Of a DNA stretch of 43,465 nt, positions 37,007 to 43,465 are shown piece after piece. Numbering within the stretch: the first letter of the stretch is position 1; every line of letters begins with the position of its first letter. This DNA comes from a virus, in the IMG/VR virus record IMGVR_UViG_3300045988_114701, positions 1-43,465 of that record; one strand, given 5' to 3'. A program made the translations under genes and the position numbers. The notes beneath the pieces were generated by a model that was given only the letters and a program-made list of their open reading frames with translations, was not told where the DNA came from and ran no database searches.

Positions 37007-37465
37007 CTACGGATGAGACAAAAGAGACGTCCACCATTCAACAGTACGCGCTACTACATCGAAGAAGTGGTTCGCTATCGCTCCGGCTATGAAGCTGGTG
37101 AGAGAAGTGTAGATAGCTATTTTCCACTCATGAGCGAAATGCAGCTTGCGATCCTTATCAGCGTTCGCACAATCCGCTTTACGCTCTGCCTGCTGCTTGG
37201 CTTCTTCCTCTATTTCACGCTGGCGGCGATCTTGTTCTAAATGCAGGGCTTGCCGACCGGGAGAATCCAAAGCGAAGAACAGATCTGAAGCATTGTAATC
37301 CGGCAGATATGAAAAATTTGGGTCAGGCGGCACAATCTTCACAAAGCCCGCCTTTTTCAAAAATAGTAGTTCAGCATAAGCACTGACATCGAGAGAGGCA
37401 CTAATCCGGATACGCTGGGTTTCCAGATCTGACAAGAGGTTCAACTGGTACTGAGTTAAATTCAT
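37007..37465 (-). CDS. Membrane-anchored protein (152 aa) of the lysogeny module
   Basis: ORF track 37007..37588. ATG 37465 is preferred: GGGGGTG RBS. It has a coiled-coil centre (EQDRRQREIEEEAKQQAERK) and a C-terminal TM segment (IAIYTSLTSFIAGAIANHFF). Codon-position G1/purine bias favours this strand over the antisense ORF. Confidence 0.6.
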   Translation of the reverse strand: MNLTQYQLNLLSDLETQRIRISASLDVSAYAELLFLKKAGFVKIVPPDPNFSYLPDYNASDLFFALDSPGRQALHLEQDRRQREIEEEAKQQAERKADCANADKDRKLHFAHEWKIAIYTSLTSFIAGAIANHFFDVVARTVEWWTSLLSHP

Positions 37466-37487
37466 AATATCACCCCCTTTCCTGTCC

Positions 37488-37496
37488 AGTATAGCA
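37488..37496 (-). promoter_or_regulatory. Extended -10 element (TGcTATACT) upstream of the 152-aa gene
   Basis: Minus strand reads TGCTATACT. There is no clear -35. Confidence 0.4.
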
Positions 37497-37535
37497 CAGA
37501 TTCGGACGGAGCGGGGAGAAAGGAAGGAAACGCAC

Positions 37536-37685
37536 ATGAAAAAGAAGGACAAGGCGACCAAGCTGGAGCTTGCGGCGAATCTGGTCAAGGCGTTGCCGGA
37601 GAGCAGCGAGCAGACCGCGCTGGCAGTTGCGGCGGCAATGCTGGCGGGCTACAACATGGGCAAGATGGCGGCGCAGGGGGCGTAA
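37536..37685 (+). CDS. Possible 49-aa protein, first ORF of the early operon
   Basis: Hand-translated: MKKKDKATKLELAANLVKALPESSEQTALAVAAAMLAGYNMGKMAAQGA. Third-position G/C is very high. A purine-rich GGAAGGAAA lies upstream. Confidence 0.5.
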   Translation: MKKKDKATKLELAANLVKALPESSEQTALAVAAAMLAGYNMGKMAAQGA

Positions 37686-37712
37686 AAAAACCGCCGCCCG
37701 GTCGGGCGACGG
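37684..37712 (-). terminator. Hairpin with its U-run on the minus strand only
   Basis: CCGCCGCCC (37691-37699) pairs with GGGCGACGG (37704-37712, one mismatch). It is preceded by A7 (37684-37690), which is U7 on the minus strand. Confidence 0.45.
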
Positions 37713-37765
37713 AAGCGAAAAGGAATGTACACCCTGATTATAAGGGAACAAGGAGGGAATTGTCA

Positions 37766-38011
37766 ATGCCGAAAGTCAGAGCGTTGACGGAGGCGGAGCG
37801 GCGCAGGCAAGCCAACAAGGCGCGGGACGACGCGCTGATGAGCCTCATCACCGAAGAGCGGGCACGCAAGCAAATCACGCTGACGGAAATTGCGGCGAGG
37901 CTCGGCATGAGCCGAGTCTGCCTGTACAGCAGATTCAAATCGCCGAGCGATTTTACGCTGAAGGAGTATCGCGACATCTGCGCGATGCTGGGAATGGAGG
38001 TGAGGGTATGA
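37766..38011 (+). CDS. HTH DNA-binding protein (81 aa; Cro-like position)
   Basis: ORF track 37760..38011. ATG 37766 lies 9 nt after AGGAGG. Contains ITLTEIAARLGMSRVCLYSRFKSP. Confidence 0.6.
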   Translation: MPKVRALTEAERRRQANKARDDALMSLITEERARKQITLTEIAARLGMSRVCLYSRFKSPSDFTLKEYRDICAMLGMEVRV

Positions 38012-38127
38012 TTTGGGAGGCACTGGCGGTCTTAGACCTCGTCGTGTTGGCGGCGACGCTGGTCTATCTGGTCGTTCGCATCGAGCAGGAGGTGCAACGT
38101 GAGCGGCAGAACGACAAAGCCCAATAA
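38008..38127 (+). CDS. Possible 39-aa membrane peptide
   Basis: Hand-translated: MIWEALAVLDLVVLAATLVYLVVRIEQEVQRERQNDKAQ; ATGA overlap with the upstream stop. Confidence 0.35.
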   Translation: MIWEALAVLDLVVLAATLVYLVVRIEQEVQRERQNDKAQ

Positions 38128-38287
38128 GCGACCGGGGTATCCGGTCTGCATCTGCAAGAGCAACGGACAGATTGAGCTGTACGACCCGAGCGCGTGGCGC
38201 AGGGCGGAGTGGCAAAGGATTCGGAGAATCGAGAAGGAGGAAAAATCGCGTGTCGCAGAAAGTCGGAACGAAAAGATTTGTGATTGA
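38099..38287 (+). CDS. Hypothetical basic protein (62 aa)
   Basis: ORF track; GTG start 6 nt after AGGAGG (38087-38092). Confidence 0.45.
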   Translation: MSGRTTKPNKRPGYPVCICKSNGQIELYDPSAWRRAEWQRIRRIEKEEKSRVAESRNEKICD

Positions 38288-38582
38288 CGGGAATGCAATG
38301 ACGCTGACGGGTGCAATCCATGATGACGGAGTGGCGCGGTATCAGCTGGATTTATGTTTAAGGATCGGCGTGCCGATGACTTACAAGGAGCTTGTCAAAA
38401 CGCTGGAGGATATTAATGCGGATATCTCCGACGTGTTTCTGCTGCGAACGAACTACAAGCGGGACGCCAAGGGCGAGCTGGTTTGCGGCGAGAATGGGCG
38501 GATGATCGAAAACGGACACCGCATCGACAATAATTTTGTGGCGTGCTTTGAGAGGGAGTGGAGCAATGCTCAATCGGAGTGA
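38250..38582 (+). CDS. Hypothetical protein (110 aa)
   Basis: ORF track 38172..38582. GTG 38250 is preferred: AGGAGG at 38235-38240. Confidence 0.55.
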   Translation: MSQKVGTKRFVIDGNAMTLTGAIHDDGVARYQLDLCLRIGVPMTYKELVKTLEDINADISDVFLLRTNYKRDAKGELVCGENGRMIENGHRIDNNFVACFEREWSNAQSE

Positions 38583-38781
38583 CTTCATTCGGGCGGGAAA
38601 CATCGTCAACGCGTTTGTGGACGAAGGCAACGTGGCTGCGCCGGACGTGCTGGAGGCGATACAGACGCTCAAGGACGGATGCGTCGAGCTGATCCACATC
38701 CCGGCGTGGATCAGGAAGCACTACGCGGAATATGGAGGTGACGAGAATGGCGTATCCGTGCAAGATTTGGCTCAAGAGTGA
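38566..38781 (+). CDS. Hypothetical protein (71 aa)
   Basis: ORF track 38536..38781. ATG 38566 is preferred: GGAGTGGAG upstream. Confidence 0.55.
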   Translation: MLNRSDFIRAGNIVNAFVDEGNVAAPDVLEAIQTLKDGCVELIHIPAWIRKHYAEYGGDENGVSVQDLAQE

Positions 38782-38908
38782 ATGTGACGGCTGCGGGCGA
38801 TGCGAAGACGAGGACGAGCGCCCGATGGCGTACGGCAGACCGTACAACCACTACTGGGAGGACGACCCGGTGAATGACCCGATGGACAAGTGTAAGGAGG
38901 ATTGGTGA
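38747..38908 (+). CDS. Possible 53-aa Cys-rich protein
   Basis: Hand-translated: MAYPCKIWLKSECDGCGRCEDEDERPMAYGRPYNHYWEDDPVNDPMDKCKEDW. GGAGGTG lies 6 nt upstream, and the stop overlaps the next ATG. Confidence 0.45.
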   Translation: MAYPCKIWLKSECDGCGRCEDEDERPMAYGRPYNHYWEDDPVNDPMDKCKEDW

Positions 38909-39537
38909 TGGCAGAGGTTGTCATGATCCTGGGCGAGAGCGGCAGCGGCAAGAGCGCGAGCCTGAGAAATTTTAAGGCTGGCGAGGTCTGCGTGCTGAAC
39001 GTCGCAGGGAAGCGGCTGCCGTTCCGGAACGACTGGGGGCAGAATGTGCTGGATGCGTCCGGCTTTAGGGACAGGTACAGCACGATCGCAAAAGCCGTGC
39101 AGAAGCCCGCATACAAGCGGTACGTCATCGACGACAGTCAATACCTGATGGCGTTTGACGCATTCGACAGGGCGAAAGAAACGGGCTACGGGAAGTTTGT
39201 GGACATGGCGCAGAGCTTTTACAGGCTCATCATGGCGTGCAAGGCTGCTCCGGCAGACACGATCATCTATTTTCTGCACCACATCGAAAAAGCCGAGGAC
39301 GGTCTCATCAAGCCCAAGACGCAGGGGCGGATGCTTGACGAAAAGCTGAACGTCGCGGGGCTGTTTACGACGGTACTGCTGTGTCAGCCCGACCAAGAGG
39401 GGTACTGGTTTCACACGAAAACGGACGGCATGAGCGTCGTCAAAAGCCCGATGGGCATGTTCGATGACGAGAAAATCCCGAACGACCTGAAGCTGGTCGA
39501 TACGACCATACGCGCCTATTACGGAATGGAGGAATAA
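38908..39537 (+). CDS. P-loop ATPase, Sak4-like recombination/annealing-associated (AAA_24-type)
   Basis: Walker A ILGESGSGKSAS and Walker B YVIDDSQY. It is followed by a DUF669-like gene, the usual phage pairing. Confidence 0.7.
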   Translation: MAEVVMILGESGSGKSASLRNFKAGEVCVLNVAGKRLPFRNDWGQNVLDASGFRDRYSTIAKAVQKPAYKRYVIDDSQYLMAFDAFDRAKETGYGKFVDMAQSFYRLIMACKAAPADTIIYFLHHIEKAEDGLIKPKTQGRMLDEKLNVAGLFTTVLLCQPDQEGYWFHTKTDGMSVVKSPMGMFDDEKIPNDLKLVDTTIRAYYGMEE

Positions 39538-39540
39538 GAC

Positions 39541-40116
39541 ATGATTGCAAAGCCCAAGGACTGGGAGACAGCGCAGGCATACACCGGAGACAGAGGACCG
39601 CAGATGACCCCGGGCGGTCACATCTGCAAGATTGTCGCGCTGCGTCAAGAAACGAGCAAAAACGGCAACCCGATGATTGTTGTCGCGTTCGACATCGACG
39701 AGGGGAGCGAGCTGGACGGGTTTTACAAGGCGAAGCTCAAAGACCAGCAAAAGCAAAACAAGGATTCCAAGTGGCAGGGCGTGATTCGCTTTCTGCTGTA
39801 CGGCAAGGATAGCGGCACAAACCCGTATTTCAAGGGCTTTGTCAAGTCGCTGGAGGAGAGCAACGCCGGATATCACTGGGACTGGGACGAGCGCAGCCCC
39901 GCCGGCAAGAAGATCGGCATCGTATTCCGGGAAGAGGAGTACATGCAGGAGACGCAAATCAGGAGCAGCGTCAAGGCGTGGCAGGTGCGGAGCGTGCAGG
40001 CAATCCTTGACGGCGTGCCCGTGCCGCCGAAAAAGCTGCTTGAGACCCACGCCGCACAGCCGTTCGACCCCAAGGCGGGCTTCGTCGCCGTCGATGACGA
40101 CGAGCTGCCGTTTTAA
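39541..40116 (+). CDS. DUF669-like protein (SSB-like partner of Sak4 ATPases)
   Basis: ..TPGGHICKIVALRQETSKNGNPMIVVAFDIDEGSELDGFY.. pattern, plus its position after the ATPase gene. Confidence 0.6.
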   Translation: MIAKPKDWETAQAYTGDRGPQMTPGGHICKIVALRQETSKNGNPMIVVAFDIDEGSELDGFYKAKLKDQQKQNKDSKWQGVIRFLLYGKDSGTNPYFKGFVKSLEESNAGYHWDWDERSPAGKKIGIVFREEEYMQETQIRSSVKAWQVRSVQAILDGVPVPPKKLLETHAAQPFDPKAGFVAVDDDELPF

Positions 40117-40122
40117 ACGCCT

Positions 40123-40530
40123 ATGAATAGAGAGATAGTGGCGCAACGCCTTCGCGAATCGCGCAAAGAAATCGGCTTAACAATAGGTCAAATGAGCGAA
40201 AAGTTGGGGATATCTCCTGCAGCTCTGACTGCCTATGAACTGGGAAAGAAACTCCCATCGCTTGAAACCTTTGTAATAATGGCAGAGATTTATGATGAAT
40301 CATACGAATATCTGCTCGGTAAAAAAAGTGTAAGGCTCGGCGAGCAGACAAATCTCGGAAAGAACATAGCAGAGCTGTTGTTGTCGGGAAAGGTGCAATG
40401 CATCGAGACGGACGACGAGAATCTGAGCAAGAAGGTCAAAAACATCTCGGCAATCTGCAATTCCGCGCAACTTTCACGCGAAAGTAAAATCGAAATCATA
40501 GAGGCATATATTCAAAATTCGCGGGAGTAA
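40123..40530 (+). CDS. XRE-family HTH protein with a C-terminal extension (135 aa), lower-GC insert
   Basis: VAQRLRESRKEIGLTIGQMSEKLGISPAALTAYELGKKLPSLETFVIMAEIY. Confidence 0.75.
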   Translation: MNREIVAQRLRESRKEIGLTIGQMSEKLGISPAALTAYELGKKLPSLETFVIMAEIYDESYEYLLGKKSVRLGEQTNLGKNIAELLLSGKVQCIETDDENLSKKVKNISAICNSAQLSRESKIEIIEAYIQNSRE

Positions 40531-40985
40531 TCCCGCATCTATGGCGGTCAGCTCAGGGAGCAACCTGACCCGCGAATAGCAGCGTGGGCAGGCAGGGGTG
40601 GCTCGACACCACCGACCGCAAAGCAGAAGTGTTAAAGCATGTCACATTTTACCCAACGACCGCGCCGGAGAGAGAGGCGGCGCACGCCACACAAAACCGA
40701 ATAAAAGCAAATTCATACTGGCGGCTCGGAAAGACGAGCAACACCATTTTTCTGGCGGCGGGAAAGACCGCAAAAAAAATCATCGTTTCCAAATGGCATT
40801 GCTGGCGGGTCAAACCGTCAGCAACATGGCAAGCATAGCAGGTATCAGCGGGGCGTTCCTCCTCAAAAGTCGTTCATCTTTTTCCTTGTTTTTTCTCGGA
40901 TTTGACGCGAAGCACCTTGCCCGGCTGCCCTGTTCGATTCAGGGGCTTGCCACAATTTTTCAAAAAAGCGAAAGGGGATAATAGA

Positions 40986-41636
40986 TTGAGACGAGAGCAA
41001 TTCACGTTCTATCGGAGTTATTACGATGCGCTCAAGAATCTGCCCGAGAAGGAACGGGCGAAAGTTTTGTTCGCGATACTGGAATACGCTTTGGACGAAC
41101 AAGATCAAAACAACCTTGAAGGAGTTTGCGCCGCGTGCTTCCTTTTGATTCGTCCGACGCTGGACAGTGGGAGAATCAAAGCGGCGAATCGCAAGAACAA
41201 AACGAAAACAAACGAAGAACAAAACGAGAACAAAGCGGAAACGAGAGCGGAACAAAACCGCAAGGAGAAAGAGAAAGAGAGCGAGAGAGAGGCAGAGAAA
41301 GAGAAAGAGAGAGAGATAGAGGTAGAGAGGGAGAACGATAGTTCTCCCCCAAAAGCCCCCGTCGCTGCGCGACGCTTCACACCGCCCACGGTCGAGGACG
41401 TCGCGGCGTACTGCCGGGAGCGCGGGAGCAACGTAGACGCACAGCGGTTTGTGGACTTTTACACCTCGAAGGGCTGGAAGGTCGGCAACGTAGGGATGAA
41501 GGATTGGCATGCAGCTGTTCGCACTTGGGAGGGCAGGGACAACCGGATGCCCGCGGCGGGAGCTGGAGGGGCGCACAGGACGACAAATCCATTTTTGCAA
41601 TTGGCTCAAGAGCTGGAGGAGCGTGAAGGACGATGA
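40986..41636 (+). CDS. Replication organiser/initiator-like protein (DUF6291-like N-domain, charged linker, conserved phage C-terminal domain)
   Basis: ORF track 40902..41636. TTG 40986 is preferred: AAAGGGG upstream. Contains FTFYRSYYDALKNLPEKERAKVLFAILEYAL and the C-terminal FTPPTVEDVAAYCRERGSNVDAQRFVDFYTSKGWKVGNVGMKDWHAAVRTWE. Confidence 0.65.
   Translation: MRREQFTFYRSYYDALKNLPEKERAKVLFAILEYALDEQDQNNLEGVCAACFLLIRPTLDSGRIKAANRKNKTKTNEEQNENKAETRAEQNRKEKEKESEREAEKEKEREIEVERENDSSPPKAPVAARRFTPPTVEDVAAYCRERGSNVDAQRFVDFYTSKGWKVGNVGMKDWHAAVRTWEGRDNRMPAAGAGGAHRTTNPFLQLAQELEEREGR
41195..41335. repeat. Iteron-like GAACAAAAC x3 followed by a 74-nt polypurine tract (candidate ori)
   Basis: GAACAAAAC starts at 41195, 41217 and 41250 (spacing 22 and 33 nt). 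The stretch 41262-41335 has only 4 pyrimidines on the plus strand. Confidence 0.8.
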
Positions 41637-42310
41637 CAAAAGCGCAAACCATGAAAATACTGGCAATCATTCGAGCGGCATATCCGCGCTTTTACGTCGG
41701 CACGACCTTGGACGACGCGGACGCAGCGGGCAATCTCTGGCACAGCTTTTTCGCAGACGACGACGCAAGCCTTGTCAGCGACGCGGTCAGGACGTTTATC
41801 GCCAACGACACCAAGGGCTTCCCGCCCGTGGTCGGGCAAATCAGGGAAAAGATCGACGTCATCAACCAAGCTATTCACGGCTTTGAGCTGACTCCGCAGA
41901 ACGCTTGGGGGCTGGTCAAGCGTGCGCTGAAGGACAGCGCGTATCACAGCGCGGAGCGGTTTTCCGAGCTGCCGGAGGTGGTGCAGGAGGTCGTCGGATC
42001 GCCGAGCCAGCTGTACGAGTGGGCAGTCAGCAATGACGGCGTGAGCGAGAGCGTCATTGCAAGCAATTTTCAGCGCAGTTTCGCGGCGCGTGCCGCCGTA
42101 CACAAGGAGATTCGCATGATGCCGGGCGACGTGCGGGCGAGAATCGACGCGGACAGACAGATGATTGCCGGAGGGCGAGACGCGCCGAAGCTGCAAGCCG
42201 CAAGCGACGACATGGACGAGTACGCAAAGCAACTACGGGAGATGACGCCGGAGGAGCGGCACAGATATTTTGAGAGCATCGTGGTCAATCTGGATGAGGT
42301 GGAGGGATAG
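41633..42310 (+). CDS. Helicase loader (SPP1 G39P-like)
   Basis: MTKAQTMKILAIIRAAYPRFYVGTTLDDADAAGNLWHSFFADDDASLVSDAVRTFIANDTKGFPPVVGQI matches the N-terminal pattern of G39P-type loaders; ATGA overlap upstream. Confidence 0.75.
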   Translation: MTKAQTMKILAIIRAAYPRFYVGTTLDDADAAGNLWHSFFADDDASLVSDAVRTFIANDTKGFPPVVGQIREKIDVINQAIHGFELTPQNAWGLVKRALKDSAYHSAERFSELPEVVQEVVGSPSQLYEWAVSNDGVSESVIASNFQRSFAARAAVHKEIRMMPGDVRARIDADRQMIAGGRDAPKLQAASDDMDEYAKQLREMTPEERHRYFESIVVNLDEVEG

Positions 42311-42312
42311 CA

Positions 42313-42732
42313 TTGATTTCGGGCAAAAACGCGCTGACCTGCTATTCAGCCGGCTTAGACGCGACGGAGAGAACGTGCGAGGTTTGCGGCAAGACGTTCC
42401 GGGCGGGCGAGCAGTACGCATACAAGCTATGGAGCAGCGCGGCACACAAAAAGCACGACTGGTATTGCAGCTATACCTGCTATCGGACAGTGACCAAGCC
42501 GCTGGAGGAACGGCAAAAAGCGCGATTTGAAAGCATTCAGCGCGACGCAGTTGAATCCGAGGATCGGCGCAGGGAGTATGCGCGGGTGCTATACCAGCGG
42601 CAAAAGAAGCGCAAGCAGCGGCAGACCAAAGCCGCGAAGGAGCGCGAGCAGAAGCAGAACGAGACCATAGCGCAGATGATTGCGCGGATGAAGCGGGAAT
42701 CTGAGCGGAGAAAGGGGCGATTACGTGAATAG
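42313..42732 (+). CDS. Zinc-ribbon plus basic coiled-coil protein (139 aa)
   Basis: ORF track; TTG start 6 nt after GGAGGG. Contains CEVCGKTF...CSYTCY and a K/R/E/Q-rich tail. Confidence 0.55.
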   Translation: MISGKNALTCYSAGLDATERTCEVCGKTFRAGEQYAYKLWSSAAHKKHDWYCSYTCYRTVTKPLEERQKARFESIQRDAVESEDRRREYARVLYQRQKKRKQRQTKAAKEREQKQNETIAQMIARMKRESERRKGRLRE

Positions 42733-43153
42733 CTGTCTATTTTCAAGCGCATCCGTTGAGTGGGCGACGCCGCAGGCTCTTTTTGACGAGCTGGACGCGG
42801 AATTCCACTTTGACCTCGATCCATGCAGCACGCACGAGAACGCGAAATGCGCGGATCACTTTACCAAGGTGGAGGATGGTCTTTCCCAAAATTGGGGGGG
42901 TAAAAGGGTGTTTTGCAATCCGCCCTACGGAAGGGAGCTTCCAAAGTGGATCAGAAAAGCACACGATGAAGCACAGAAAGGCGCGCTGGTGGTGATGCTC
43001 ATTCCTGCGCGGACGGACACGCGAGCCTTTCACGACTACATTTATCATCAGGCAGAAATCAGGTTTTTGAAGGGGCGGATCAAGTTTGGCGATGCGAAAA
43101 CCTCTGCGCCCTTTCCATCAATGATTGTTGTTTTTAGAGGAGGCACGAAATGA
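42725..43153 (+). CDS. Phage-type N6-adenine DNA methyltransferase (Dam family)
   Basis: WATPQALFDELDAEFHFDLDPC and catalytic FCNPPYG. The compact 142-aa architecture is typical of phage Dam-like enzymes. Confidence 0.88.
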   Translation: MNSCLFSSASVEWATPQALFDELDAEFHFDLDPCSTHENAKCADHFTKVEDGLSQNWGGKRVFCNPPYGRELPKWIRKAHDEAQKGALVVMLIPARTDTRAFHDYIYHQAEIRFLKGRIKFGDAKTSAPFPSMIVVFRGGTK

Positions 43154-43465
43154 ACGATTTGAACGAATTGCGCGATGAGATTTACAGTGACGCGGTGGCA
43201 CATGGGCTGTGGGATGAAACGCATATTTGGAAGATGATAGCGACGAATGAGGATTTCCGAAAAAGCGGCATAGCTGACATAATTACTTACGCAAACAGCG
43301 ACGAGACCAGAAAGAGAGCGATTGCTACTTTGTTCGTTTCGATGGAAATTCGCGAACTTATCTTTGCGACGGAAGACCAAGATCACTTCCGCGAAGAGCT
43401 GGCGGACGTCATCATCACGGCGCTGTCTGCCGCCGGGTATCTGGGTATCGACATTGACAAGGCGG
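43150..43465 (+). CDS. MazG-like NTP pyrophosphohydrolase, 5-prime part (continues at 56..108 after merging the overlap; 122 aa in total)
   Basis: ATGA overlap with the dam-like stop. MNDLNELRDEIYSDAVAHGLWDE...REELADVIITALSAAGYLGIDIDKA runs off the contig end in frame. Confidence 0.7.
   Translation, partial: MNDLNELRDEIYSDAVAHGLWDETHIWKMIATNEDFRKSGIADIITYANSDETRKRAIATLFVSMEIRELIFATEDQDHFREELADVIITALSAAGYLGIDIDKA
43411..43465. repeat. 55-bp terminal overlap, copy 2
   Basis: Identical to 1..55. Confidence 0.97.

Larger units (their letters stand above)
1..43465. mobile_element. Complete temperate dsDNA phage genome, circularly closed contig (43,410 bp unique)
   Basis: Contains a full late operon (terS, terL, portal, scaffold, capsid, fibres, lysis), a tyrosine integrase beside a tRNA 3-prime fragment (attP), an XRE repressor and replication/recombination genes. 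Bases 1-55 are identical to 43411-43465. Confidence 0.9.

Noticed and set aside
37013-37240. 75-aa plus-strand ORF with an excellent RBS (AGGAGG 8 nt upstream) in the cro position
   Set aside because: It shares codon boundaries with the minus-strand 152-aa ORF. First-position G and purine frequencies, counted by hand, favour the minus frame (G1 about 37% versus 23%). Its sequence (..RTIRFTLCLLLGFFLYFTLAAILF) looks like an antisense shadow. It is still flagged in a finding because the promoter and RBS context is suggestive.
40584-40981. ORFs 40584-40838 and 40598-40981 as genes filling the gap before the replication organiser
   Set aside because: They overlap in different frames, use GTG or unclear starts without RBSs, and their products look non-protein-like. 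The true start of the downstream gene is more plausibly TTG 40986.
1-43465. CRISPR arrays, rRNA genes, transposases or IS elements
   Set aside because: No regularly spaced direct repeats with unique spacers were seen, no rRNA-like sequence, and no transposase-like ORF. The repeats found are short tandem, dispersed or arm-type repeats.

Overview
The window is one complete, circularly closed genome of a temperate dsDNA phage. Bases 1-55 are repeated exactly at 43411-43465, leaving 43,410 bp of unique sequence. It looks GC-rich by eye (about 60%, not computed). The signals are Firmicutes/Clostridia-style: AGGAGG ribosome-binding sites, many ATGA start/stop overlaps, an XkdX-like micro-gene, a G39P-like helicase loader and a tRNA-targeting tyrosine integrase.

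Layout, read as a circle:
1. Lysogeny module on the minus strand, 34.6-37.5 kb: integrase, 4-TM membrane protein, XRE repressor and a 152-aa membrane-anchored protein.
2. Long plus-strand early operon, 37.5 kb across the junction to 5.4 kb: HTH protein, Sak4-like ATPase, DUF669-like protein, replication organiser with an internal iteron/polypurine tract, helicase loader, Dam-like and Dcm methyltransferases, a MazG-like gene that spans the contig junction, a Lar-like zinc ribbon, three paralogous Cys-rich modules, a RuvC-like resolvase and a sigma-region-4-like regulator.
3. A self-contained, divergently transcribed accessory cassette, 5.47-7.14 kb: three unknown minus-strand genes plus an RHH protein, separated by an operator array.
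4. An ORF-poor, repeat- and hairpin-dense region of about 0.95 kb (7.14-8.12 kb) that ends in a strong intrinsic terminator directly upstream of terS.
5. Late operon, 8.1-29.7 kb: terS, terL, portal, scaffold, capsid, several unknown structural genes, a 2,711-aa giant ORF with an HExxH motif, collagen-like, Ala-rich and Gly-rich fibre proteins. I could not recognise a tail tube, sheath or conventional tape-measure set.
6. Lysis cassette: NlpC/P60-SH3 endolysin and holin, interrupted by a low-GC DUF4406-like moron.
7. A terminator-bounded cargo cluster, 31.2-34.4 kb.
8. attP, 34.38-34.62 kb: a tRNA 3-prime fragment flanked by 21-bp direct repeats.

The items most worth follow-up are the untranslated region upstream of terS, the operator-controlled three-gene cassette, the giant polyvalent-like virion ORF, a promoter-to-terminator small-RNA candidate beside int, and the post-lysis cargo cluster. 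All functional calls rest on motif recognition by eye; no database search was possible.
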